Both the position numbers and the translations under genes were made by a program. Positions 26,318 to 35,278 of a stretch of 64,000 nucleotides of DNA are shown here, in pieces (positions within the stretch are counted from its first letter, which is position 1; each line of letters opens with the position of its first letter). The notes beneath the pieces were generated by a model, which was not told where the DNA came from, did no database searches, and worked only from the letters and a program-made list of their open reading frames with translations. Source of the stretch: Longimicrobiales bacterium (GTDB lineage: Bacteria > Gemmatimonadota > Gemmatimonadetes > Longimicrobiales > Gaopeijiaceae); contig CBDBCF010000002.1 of the NCBI GenBank assembly GCA_965202985.1, forward strand, positions 32,001 to 96,000, given 5' to 3'.

Positions 26318-27541
26318 ATGTCTCTCCGCCGACTGTCGTTCCGGACGGCCGGGGAATCCCACGGACGCGGCTTGGTTGCGGTTCTGGAAGGGGTGCCCGC
26401 CGGACTCTCGCTGGACGCGGCCCGGGACATCGACCCGGAGCTGGCGCGCCGGCAGGGCGGGCACGGCCGGGGCCGTCGCATGCAGATCGAGTCGGACAAG
26501 GCCAAAGTGGTCTCCGGCCTTCGCCTCGGAGAGACGCTGGGCTCGCCCCTGGCGATGCTCGTCTGGAACCGGGACTGGGAGAACTGGACCACGGCGATGG
26601 CCCACGACCCGCCCGACCCGGACCACAACCCCAAGGCGCTTCGCCCGGTATACCTTCCGCGCCCCGGACACGCCGACCTGGCCGGCGTCCTCAAGTACGA
26701 CCGGCGGGACGCTCGCGACATACTGGAACGAGCCTCCGCCCGCGAGACGGCGGCTCGCGTGGCCTGCGGCGCCGTGGCCCGAACGCTGCTCCGGGCGGTG
26801 GGCGCGTCGGTCGGCAGCCACGTCACCCGAATCGGCGCCGTGGAGGCCGCCGTCCCCCGCGCCCTCCCGACCGACCTGGCCGCCGCCGCGGACCCGTCCC
26901 CGGTCCGCACCCTGGACGCCGAGGCGGGGGCGGCCATGATCGCCGCCATCGACCAAGCCCGAGACGCCGGTGACACGCTCGGCGGCTGCTTCGAGGTCGT
27001 CGTCCGGGGGCTTCCCGTTGGCCTGGGCAGCCACGTTTCCTGGGACGCAAAGCTGGACGGGCGCTTGGCCCAGGCGGTGATGTCGGTCCACGCCGTCAAG
27101 GGGGTCGAGATCGGCCCCGCCTTCGCCAACGCCGGGCGCCCCGGTTCCAAAGTCCACGACGCCATCCTGCGCGACGACGACGAGCGCCGCGCCGGGGGTT
27201 TCGGGCGCGCGGGGAACCGCGCCGGCGGCCTGGAGGGCGGCATCACCACCGGCGGGCCCCTGGTCGTGCGGGGCGCGATGAAGCCGATCTCCACGTTGCG
27301 GAAGCGCCTGCCCAGCGTGGACCTCCGGGACGGTCGCGCCAAGGACGCCGCCGTCGAACGCAGCGACGTGTGCGCGGTGCCGGCCGCTGCCGTCGTGGCC
27401 GAGTCCATGGTGGCGCTCGTGGTCGCCGACGCCCTGCTGGAAAAGTTCGGCGGCGACTCGATGGGCGAGCTGCGACGGAACCTGGACGGCTACTTGCGGC
27501 GTTTGGCGGAACGGGGCTTCGGCGAGCGGTCGTGCCCGTAG
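26318..27541 (+). CDS. aroC: Chorismate synthase
   Basis: TAGESHG, PRPGHADL, ERASARETAARVA, NRAGGLEGGIT, MKPISTL, RSDVCAVP. Confidence 0.96.
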   Translation: MSLRRLSFRTAGESHGRGLVAVLEGVPAGLSLDAARDIDPELARRQGGHGRGRRMQIESDKAKVVSGLRLGETLGSPLAMLVWNRDWENWTTAMAHDPPDPDHNPKALRPVYLPRPGHADLAGVLKYDRRDARDILERASARETAARVACGAVARTLLRAVGASVGSHVTRIGAVEAAVPRALPTDLAAAADPSPVRTLDAEAGAAMIAAIDQARDAGDTLGGCFEVVVRGLPVGLGSHVSWDAKLDGRLAQAVMSVHAVKGVEIGPAFANAGRPGSKVHDAILRDDDERRAGGFGRAGNRAGGLEGGITTGGPLVVRGAMKPISTLRKRLPSVDLRDGRAKDAAVERSDVCAVPAAAVVAESMVALVVADALLEKFGGDSMGELRRNLDGYLRRLAERGFGERSCP

Positions 27542-28140
27542 TCCGCGTCGTGCTCGTCGGCTTCATGGGCGCCGGCAAGTCCACGGCGGGCCGCATCGTC
27601 GCCCGGGCCTTGGGCTGGGAGTTCGTGGACCTGGACGACGAGATCGAGAGGCTGCACGAACGCTCTCCGGCGTCGATCCTTCGCGAGCGGGGAGAAGCCG
27701 CCTTCCGCCGCATCGAGTCCGACGTCGCGAGCGGCGTGCTGGCCCGCGAGCGGATCGTCTTGGCCACCGGCGGCGGATGGGGCGCCCAGCCGGGCCACCT
27801 TGCCGGTCTGGACGCCTCCACCCGCTCGGTCTGGCTGCGGGTCCAACCCGCAACGGCCGTCGCCCGAGTCGCCCCGGCGGCCCGAGACGACGCCTCCCCG
27901 GGCCAAGTCGCCGCCGACTCCGCCGCCCGCCCGCCGCCCGCCCGCCGTCCGTCACCCCCCCCCGCCCGCCCTCTGCTGGACGACGCTCCCGACCCGCCCG
28001 CCGTCGCCGAAGAGTTGTTGCGGTCGCGCACCGCCTTCTACGAGCGCGCCCACGCCGCCGTGGACACCGACGACAAGACCCCCGAACAGGTGGCGCAGTC
28101 CGTTCTGGTGCGGTTGCGCAACCTCGGCGTGCCATATTAG
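27532..28140 (+). CDS. aroK: Shikimate kinase
   Basis: VLVGFMGAGKST, FVDLD, GEAAFRRIE, LATGGG, RPLL. Confidence 0.92.
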   Translation: MPVVRVVLVGFMGAGKSTAGRIVARALGWEFVDLDDEIERLHERSPASILRERGEAAFRRIESDVASGVLARERIVLATGGGWGAQPGHLAGLDASTRSVWLRVQPATAVARVAPAARDDASPGQVAADSAARPPPARRPSPPPARPLLDDAPDPPAVAEELLRSRTAFYERAHAAVDTDDKTPEQVAQSVLVRLRNLGVPY

Positions 28141-28261
28141 GACGCGCGGACGTGGCGCGAACGCAGGTTCGGCGTCGGAAACGGCGTGCGCGGCGGGTCG
28201 TGCGCCCGGCTCGCAAAGCGTCCGCAACCGCAGCAGCCAACAGGAACCAGGGCGGAACGGC

Positions 28262-31018
28262 ATGAAGAAGCTCGTGATCGTGGAGTCGCCGGCGAAGGCG
28301 AAGACCATCGAGAAGTTCTTGGGCCCGGAGTACCGGGTCGAAGCGTCGTACGGACACGTTCGCGACCTTCCGAAGAACGCCAAGGAGATGCCCGAGGCCC
28401 GCAGAAAAGAGCCCTGGGCCGACTTCGGCGTCGACGTGGACAACGGCTTCAAGCCGCACTACGTGGTCCCGCCGGACAGCAAGCGGCGGATCGAGCAGCT
28501 CAAGAAGCTGGTGCCCCGCGCCTCGGAGCTCCTGCTGGCCACCGACGAAGACCGCGAGGGCGAGTCGATCAGCTGGCACGTCATGGAACTGGTGACCTCG
28601 GGCCGGAAGTCGTCGATCCCCGTTCGGCGCATCGTGTTTCACGAGATCACCAAGCCCGCCGTCGAGGCCGCCCTGGCCGCTCCCCGCGACCTCGACATGC
28701 GCCTGGTCGAGGCCCAAGAGGCGCGTCGCATCTTGGATCGCCTGTACGGCTACAGCCTTTCCCCGGTCCTTTGGAAGAAGGTTCGGCGGGGCCTCAGCGC
28801 GGGCCGCGTGCAGAGCGTGGCGCTCCGACTGGTCGTGGACCGCGAACGGGAGCGCTGGCGGTTCAAGGTCGCCGAATACTGGCGGGTCAAGGCCCGCTTG
28901 GCAGCTCTGGCGGAGGCCGCCCCGGGCGAAGACGAAGACCGCGAGTTCGCGGCGGACCTGGTCAAGGTCGGCGACAAGCGCGTGGCCGGCAGCAGCGACT
29001 TCGACGCCGCGACCGGCAAGGCCAAGGCCGGTTCCCGAGCCCTGGTGCTGGACGAGAAGACCGCTCGCTCCGTGGTCGCCGATTGCCTGTCCGCCGACGC
29101 CATCCCCTGGCGCGTCGCATCGGTCGCGACCAAGCCCGCCCGCAAGACGCCCCCGCCACCGTTCACCACGTCCACGCTGCAGCAGGCAGCCAGCAACCGG
29201 CTCCGCATGTCCCCCAAGCGCACGATGCGCATCGCCCAGCAGCTGTACGAGGGCGTCGCGCTGGGAGGCGGCGATCGCGAGGGGTTGGTTACCTATATGC
29301 GCACGGACTCGGTTACGCTGTCGCGGAAGGCCTTGGGCGACGCGAAGCGCCACGTCGTCCGCGCTTACGGCGCCGAATACCACAAGACGCGCCAGTACAA
29401 GACCAAGTCCAAGGCGGCCCAGGAGGCGCACGAGGCCATCCGACCCACCGAGGTCGGACGGACCCCCGACCAAGTCGCCCGCTTCTTGAACAAGGACCAG
29501 CTGGCCCTGTACCGACTGGTCTGGAGCCGCACGGTGGCCTCCCAGATGGCGGACGCCCGCGTGGAGCGCACTACCGCCAGCTTGTCCGCGACCGTCCAGG
29601 GCGTGGAGCACGTCTTCCAGGCGCGCGGCACCGTGGTGCGCTTCGACGGCTTCCTAAAGGTATGGGCCGAACGGGGACGCAAGGACGACCCCCGCCTGCC
29701 CTCCATGGCCGAGGGCGCGGAGATCTGGCCGGAGCAACGAACCGCCGAGTCCGCCGGGTCCGAGTCCGACGCGTCCGCCCCGGTCCTGCGCTCCCTGGAG
29801 CCGCAGCAGCGAGAGACCAAGCCTCCGTCCCGCTACACCGAGGCGTCCCTGGTCAAGAAGCTGGAAGAGGAAGGCATCGGCCGGCCTTCCACCTACGAAC
29901 CCACGCTGTCCAAGATCCAGGACCGCGACTACGTCCAGAGGCGGAGCGGCAGCTTGGTGCCCACTTGGCTGGGCGTGGGCGTCAACCAGTTCCTGTGCAC
30001 CTACTTCCCCCAGTACGTGGACCTGAAGTTCACCGCGCGCATGGAAGACGCGCTGGACGACATCGCCGTCGGCAGGGTCCAGTCCCGGGACTTCCTTCAC
30101 GAACGGTACCACGGGGCGGGCAGCCGCAAGGGGCTGCGCCGAGACGTGGCCGAGGCCGATCCGGACTTCGTTCGCATCGAGTATCCCTACGACGTCGGGG
30201 AGGTCGGCGACCCGCAGTCCGACGGGTCCGAGGAGTCCCAGGGCGCGCAGGTCCGGATCGGGATCGGACGGCACGGCACGTTCGCAGAGCGGGGAGAGGG
30301 GGAACGCCGAGAGTTTGCCACGATCCCCGATCCGCTCGTGGACGAGCTGACGCCCGAGCGCTTGGCCGATCTGTTCGCCGCTCGGGCGAAGGGAGACGAT
30401 CCCTTGGGCCACGATCCGGAGACCGGGCTTCCGGTGTTCGTCAAGGTGGGTCGGTACGGTCCCTACGCGCAGCTGGGGCGTGGGAAGATACAGGCCAAGC
30501 CGAAGGTGAAGGGGCTGCCGAAGGACACGGACATCGCCAAGGTGACCTTGGAAGAGGCGCTGCGATTCCTGTCGCTGCCCCGAGAGCTGGGCAAGGATCC
30601 GGATACGGGCGAAGAAGTGACCGCGGGCCTGGGCTACGCCCCCTTCGTGAAGAAGGGAAAGGAGTACCGGAACCTGGACTCGGTGGACCACGTGTTCACC
30701 ATCACGCTGGAAGAGGCGCTGGCCCTCCACGCGCGCCCCAAGACCGGCGGATCGGGCAAGAAGCCGATCAAGGCGTTGGGGGCTCATCCCGAGTCCGGCG
30801 CCGAGCTCGAAGTGCTGCCGGGCCGCTACGGCCCCTACGTCACCGACGGCAAGGTCAACGCCAACGTTCCCAGGGGTCGGGAGCCCGCGGAGATCACCTT
30901 GGACGAAGCCGTCGAGCTGCTGGCGGCCAAGGTCGAAAGAGATGCCGCCAAGAAGGCCGGCGGCACCCGAGGGGCTCGGCGTCCCGCAAGGCGGAGGCCG
31001 CCTTCCCGACGCCGGTGA
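28262..31018 (+). CDS. topA: DNA topoisomerase I
   Basis: KLVIVESPAKAKTI, SYGHVRDLP, ATDEDREGE, SAGRVQS, TYMRTDS, QEAHEAIRPT, GIGRPSTY, C-terminal GRYGPY repeats. Confidence 0.97.
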   Translation: MKKLVIVESPAKAKTIEKFLGPEYRVEASYGHVRDLPKNAKEMPEARRKEPWADFGVDVDNGFKPHYVVPPDSKRRIEQLKKLVPRASELLLATDEDREGESISWHVMELVTSGRKSSIPVRRIVFHEITKPAVEAALAAPRDLDMRLVEAQEARRILDRLYGYSLSPVLWKKVRRGLSAGRVQSVALRLVVDRERERWRFKVAEYWRVKARLAALAEAAPGEDEDREFAADLVKVGDKRVAGSSDFDAATGKAKAGSRALVLDEKTARSVVADCLSADAIPWRVASVATKPARKTPPPPFTTSTLQQAASNRLRMSPKRTMRIAQQLYEGVALGGGDREGLVTYMRTDSVTLSRKALGDAKRHVVRAYGAEYHKTRQYKTKSKAAQEAHEAIRPTEVGRTPDQVARFLNKDQLALYRLVWSRTVASQMADARVERTTASLSATVQGVEHVFQARGTVVRFDGFLKVWAERGRKDDPRLPSMAEGAEIWPEQRTAESAGSESDASAPVLRSLEPQQRETKPPSRYTEASLVKKLEEEGIGRPSTYEPTLSKIQDRDYVQRRSGSLVPTWLGVGVNQFLCTYFPQYVDLKFTARMEDALDDIAVGRVQSRDFLHERYHGAGSRKGLRRDVAEADPDFVRIEYPYDVGEVGDPQSDGSEESQGAQVRIGIGRHGTFAERGEGERREFATIPDPLVDELTPERLADLFAARAKGDDPLGHDPETGLPVFVKVGRYGPYAQLGRGKIQAKPKVKGLPKDTDIAKVTLEEALRFLSLPRELGKDPDTGEEVTAGLGYAPFVKKGKEYRNLDSVDHVFTITLEEALALHARPKTGGSGKKPIKALGAHPESGAELEVLPGRYGPYVTDGKVNANVPRGREPAEITLDEAVELLAAKVERDAAKKAGGTRGARRPARRRPPSRRR

Positions 31019-32460
31019 GCGAAGTCACCGTGGTGGGCGGCGGGCTGGCCGGCTGCGAGGCCGCGCTGGCCCTGGCGCGCAGGGGCAGGCACGTGACGCT
31101 CGCGGAGATGCGGCCGGCTCGGAGCACGGCGGCCCACGCCACGTCGGAGCTGGGCGAGCTGGTCTGCACCAACTCGTTCAAGAGCGAAGACCCCGCCAAC
31201 GCCCATGGCCAGCTCAAGCGCGAGATGCGCGTCATGAACTCGGTCCTCTTGGAGGCGGCCGACGCCAGCCGCGTCCCCGCCGGGTCGGCCCTGGCCGTGG
31301 ACCGTCGGCTCTTCGCCCAGGCTCTGACCCGGCGCATCGAGGCCCACCCTCGGATCGCGGTGGTGCGCCAGGAGATGCGGTCGCTCCCTACCGGGCCGAC
31401 GATCGTGGCCACGGGTCCCCTGACTTCGGCCGCTCTGGCCGCCTCCGTCGCGGCCGAGCTCGGAGACGACGGCCTGGCGTTCTACGACGCCATCGCTCCG
31501 ATCGTCCACGTGGACTCCATCGACCGAGGCGTCGTCTTCGCCGCCGGCCGCTTCGGCGAGGATTCCGACTACCTGAACTGTCCCATGACGCAGGCCGAGT
31601 ACGACGCCTTCGTGGACGCCCTGACGGCGGCGGACGTCTATCCGGCCCCGCCGTGGGACAGCGTGCCGTACTTTGAAGGCTGCCTTCCCGTGGAGGTCAT
31701 GGCCGGGCGCGGACGCGAGACCCTGCGCTTCGGCCCCATGAAGCCGATCGGCTTGTCGGACCCCCGCACCGGCGCGCGCCCTCACGCCGTGGTCCAGCTT
31801 CGCCGCGAGGACAGGGCGGGGCAGATGTGGAACTTGGTGGGGTTCCAGACGCGCCTGCGGACCGGCGAGCAGAGGCGCGTCTTCTCCACGATCCCCGGGC
31901 TGGCCGCCGCCGACTTCCTGCGCTGGGGCTCGGTGCACCGCAACACCTACCTCAACTTCCCGGCCCGATTGGCTCCGTACGGCGCGCCTTCGGGCCGCCC
32001 GGAGCTGGTCTTCGCGGGTCAGCTCACGGGCGTGGAGGGCTACACCGAGTCCGCGGCGTCCGGGATCCTGGCGGGGGTCAACCTGGACCGGGTCGTGGAC
32101 GGAAAGGAGCCCGTGCTGCCGCCGCCCGAGACGATGCTGGGCGGCCTCTGCCGATACTTGCGAGAGGCGGACCCGGCCAACTTCCAGCCCATGAACTCCA
32201 ACTGGGGCTTGGTGGACCCGCTGCCCGGCGCGCCCCGCAAGAAGGCCGACCGCCGCCAAGCCCTGGCCGAGCGGGCCGACCGCCGCTTCCGCCGCTGGCT
32301 GGCCGAGACGGGCGGTCCTCCGACCGCCAGCGCTCGGACCGCCAAGGGCGCCAGCGCGACCGCCTGCACTCCCGTCGCCAGCGGCGCTCCCGCGACCGCC
32401 GAAGCCTCCCCTGTCGCCGCGCTCCCGTCGGCGCCCCCCGCCGCCGACCCGGTCCGGTGA
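31015..32460 (+). CDS. trmFO: Folate-dependent tRNA (uracil-5-)-methyltransferase TrmFO
   Basis: VVGGGLAGCEAA, ELVCTNSF, FYDAIAPIV, YFEGCLPVE, GPMKPIGL, AGQLTGVEGY, FQPMNSNWG. Confidence 0.95.
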   Translation: MSEVTVVGGGLAGCEAALALARRGRHVTLAEMRPARSTAAHATSELGELVCTNSFKSEDPANAHGQLKREMRVMNSVLLEAADASRVPAGSALAVDRRLFAQALTRRIEAHPRIAVVRQEMRSLPTGPTIVATGPLTSAALAASVAAELGDDGLAFYDAIAPIVHVDSIDRGVVFAAGRFGEDSDYLNCPMTQAEYDAFVDALTAADVYPAPPWDSVPYFEGCLPVEVMAGRGRETLRFGPMKPIGLSDPRTGARPHAVVQLRREDRAGQMWNLVGFQTRLRTGEQRRVFSTIPGLAAADFLRWGSVHRNTYLNFPARLAPYGAPSGRPELVFAGQLTGVEGYTESAASGILAGVNLDRVVDGKEPVLPPPETMLGGLCRYLREADPANFQPMNSNWGLVDPLPGAPRKKADRRQALAERADRRFRRWLAETGGPPTASARTAKGASATACTPVASGAPATAEASPVAALPSAPPAADPVR

Positions 32461-33374
32461 CCCCGCAGACCGCCCGCTTCCTCCACCACCTGGAGGCGGC
32501 CCGAGACCTGTCGCCCAACACCGTCTCCGCGTACCAGCGCGACTTGGCCGACCTGGAAGCGTTTGTCGCCGTCTACCTGGGCCGCGACGACTTCCAGTGG
32601 CAAGACGTGACCCGGGGCGTGATCCGCGCCTTCCTGGGCGACGCCGGGCGCAAGGGACTGGCGCCTCGCACGGTGGCCCGCAAGCTCTCCGCCGCGCGCG
32701 CCTTCCTGGGCTACCTTCGCCGCGAAGGCGACCTCCCGTCCAACCCGGCCGTCTCGGTGCGCGGTCCCAAGCTCGACCGGACCCTGCCGGGCCACATGCG
32801 CGCCGCCGAAGCGCAGGCCCTCTTCGACTGGGCCGAAGCCGCTGCAGTCGCCGAAGCCGCCGCCGGGAACGGCCTGGGCGCCACTCGCCTCCTGGCCATC
32901 CTGGAACTCCTCTACGGAAGCGGCTTGCGCCTGTCCGAGCTGGCCTCCCTCGATCTGGGCTCGGTGGATGTCGAACGGGGCCAGCTCCGCGTCCTGGGCA
33001 AGGGCCGAAAGGAGCGCCTGACGCCCGTCACCCAGTCCGCCGCGCGCGCGCTGGCGCACTACCTTCCCCGACGGTTGGAGTTCGCACGCCCGGGCGAATC
33101 CGCTCTCTTCCTGAACCGACGCGGCGGCCGCCTCTCCACGCGCTACATCCAGCGATGCGTCCGGAAAGCCGTCGCCGACTACGCCAGCGCCGCGGGCCTC
33201 TCGGTCCACTCCTTGCGACACTCTTTCGCCACGCATCTCCTCGACTCCGGGGCCGACCTCATGGCCGTCAAGGAACTCCTCGGCCACGCATCGCTGTCCA
33301 CTACCCAGATCTACGCGCACACGTCCAAGGAGCGGCTCCGCCGCGTCTACAAGGCGGCCCATCCGAGGGCGTAG
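32457..33374 (+). CDS. xerC: Tyrosine recombinase XerC
   Basis: SPNTVSAYQRDL, ELLYGSGLRLSEL, GKGRKER, HSLRHSFATHLL, LLGHASLSTTQIY, Y..AHPRA; synteny with trmFO and hslV. Confidence 0.9.
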   Translation: MTPQTARFLHHLEAARDLSPNTVSAYQRDLADLEAFVAVYLGRDDFQWQDVTRGVIRAFLGDAGRKGLAPRTVARKLSAARAFLGYLRREGDLPSNPAVSVRGPKLDRTLPGHMRAAEAQALFDWAEAAAVAEAAAGNGLGATRLLAILELLYGSGLRLSELASLDLGSVDVERGQLRVLGKGRKERLTPVTQSAARALAHYLPRRLEFARPGESALFLNRRGGRLSTRYIQRCVRKAVADYASAAGLSVHSLRHSFATHLLDSGADLMAVKELLGHASLSTTQIYAHTSKERLRRVYKAAHPRA

Positions 33375-33481
33375 GTTAGCGGGCCGACGGCTCGAACTCG
33401 CGCGCCAACGGCCTCCGGCGACCGTCCCGAGCGGACCAGGGCGACGCTCTCCCGCCGGTACGCCGACCCCGTTGACATGAC

Positions 33482-35278
33482 CCCGCCTTATTCAGCCCGC
33501 CTTATTCATGACTCGTGTGAAGTGTGGTTGGGGCGAGATTGCGGATGTGCGCAAGGCGAGCAGCGCAAGACGAGCGCGCGAGCGGGCCGAATTGGCGATT
33601 TCAGACGGTGGAGACGAGGCGCGCAAGGGGATTTTGGGCGTTCGGAGCGCGTTGCTGCGCGCGCTGGATGCACTGGTGCGTCGGAGCGGCCGTCGAGGCC
33701 GGAACGGCGACGGGCGCTGGTGCGGCGCTAGCCGCCCGGGTCCGGCAGCAGGGCGAGCTGTCGGGTGGCCAGCGTCCAGTGGCCCGCCGAGCGGCCGACG
33801 ATCGTGACGACGCGGCGTCCGGAGACGGTGAACCGAGCGGGCGCGCGCAGCACGCGTTCGAGCAGGCGACGCAAGCTCCACCCGGTCTGGGTGGCGCGTT
33901 CCAGCAGCGTGCGCAGCACGTGCATGGTCTGGTAGCCGAACAGCGCGACGAGCAGGCGCACCTCGTTGCAGGCGAAGGCGTCGACGCTCGGGCCGCGCTG
34001 GCCGACCGGTCGGCCCCCGTACCAGCGCTTGGGCCGCGGCGACGACGACAGCGCCGGGTCCACCACGCTCTTCAACTCGCCCATGTGGCCCTCCGCCTTG
34101 CCGCGCTTCCGGTAGAGCGCCAGCAGCGCCGCGGCGGGCATCGCGGCCGCCGCCATCGACGTGATCAGCCAGAACACCTCCGGGAACAGCTCGCCGGGCC
34201 GCTCCTTGACCACGCACACCACGCGCCTGGACTGCGACCACGAAGCCGCCCGATAGCCCTGCTCCGGCTCCCACCACCACATCCGCGCATCGTCGCCCGC
34301 CTCCCGCAAGTCGTACCACGTCTCCTGCACCGCTTCGTCCACCGCCCGCTCGGCCAACCGGTCGAGCACAGCGTTCCGACGGAGCCTGGCCACGAACGGC
34401 GCGCGCCGGTCCTCGAGCCGCCCGCATCAGCTGCTCGGCCGGGTACCCCGCGTCCATGCGCACCACCGCCTTGTGGCAGCAGTGCCGCTCGACGCGGTCG
34501 AGCACCGCCAACACGAACTCCGTCCCGCCCGCAGCCGTGTGCGCCTTGCCCGCCCGCAGCCGAGCGTCCAGCAAGTCGCCCGTCTCCGCCGACGACGCCA
34601 CCAGCGGATGGTACACCGTCGCCTTGCAGTAGCCGTTCCAGCCGCTGCCCGCTCGCTTGCCGTGAACCTCGATCGGCAGGCTGTCCACGTCCACCACCAT
34701 CTCCGCCAGCCGACGCCCGCCGTTGCGCGCCCGAAGACGCCAGCCCGCCAGCCGCGCCAGCCCCTCCCGCAACACCGCCGGGTTGTCCCCGCGCGACAGC
34801 ATCGCCACCAGCCGCGACAGCGTCGGCTGCGACGCCAGCACACGCCCCGCCGCCAACGGCGTCGTGCCCGCCCGCCCGCTCGCAGCCAGCCGGAACGCCG
34901 GATCGTCCCGCAACATCGTCGCGTCGGCGTGGTCCCGACGACACTGAGCCGCCAGCAGGCACGCCGTCCGCACCAGCTCCGCCAGCGAATGCCGTGTCCT
35001 GCGCGGGTCCCGAGCGTCGTCGATCCGCTCGCTCAACCAGCGGTCCACGCCGCTCGCGCTCAACACCTCGCGACACAAGAGAACGCCCGCGTCGCCCGTC
35101 ACCTTGTCGGGCCGAACCTCGACCCGCACCGACTTGTTGTACCGAAACGGAGCACCCATTATCTTCACCTTGGCGTTGCGTGCGGCAGGCCGCCGGTTCT
35201 CGGCCCGTGAACCTTGAACCTAATGGCCTGCCGCCGCACGCCACACCCCTTACGCCTGAACCTCGTGAATAAGGCGGG
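33482..35278 (-). mobile_element. IS1380-family insertion sequence
   Basis: Terminal inverted repeats cccgccttattca (33482-33494 and again 33496-33508) and tgaataaggcggg (35266-35278); flanks atga(c)/atga(t); encloses a DDE transposase. Confidence 0.88.
33728..35168 (-). pseudogene. IS1380-family DDE transposase with a single-base frameshift near 34418
   Basis: TGDAGVLL, LASQPTLSRL, VDVDS, YHPL, VRMDAGY in one frame; VARLRRN, YRKRGKAE..GELK, NEVRL in the next; removing one base gives LMRA-LEDRRAPFVARLRRN. Confidence 0.8.

Noticed and set aside
28141..28261. Missing aroB after aroK, and possible structured RNA in this gap
   Set aside because: aroB may lie elsewhere in the genome; the gcggacg/cgtccgc pairing is short for GC-rich DNA and matches no RNA family I recognise
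32457..33374. Integrase of a genomic island carrying the adhesin
   Set aside because: Sequence and topA-trmFO-xerC-hslVU context indicate housekeeping XerC; no att repeats seen
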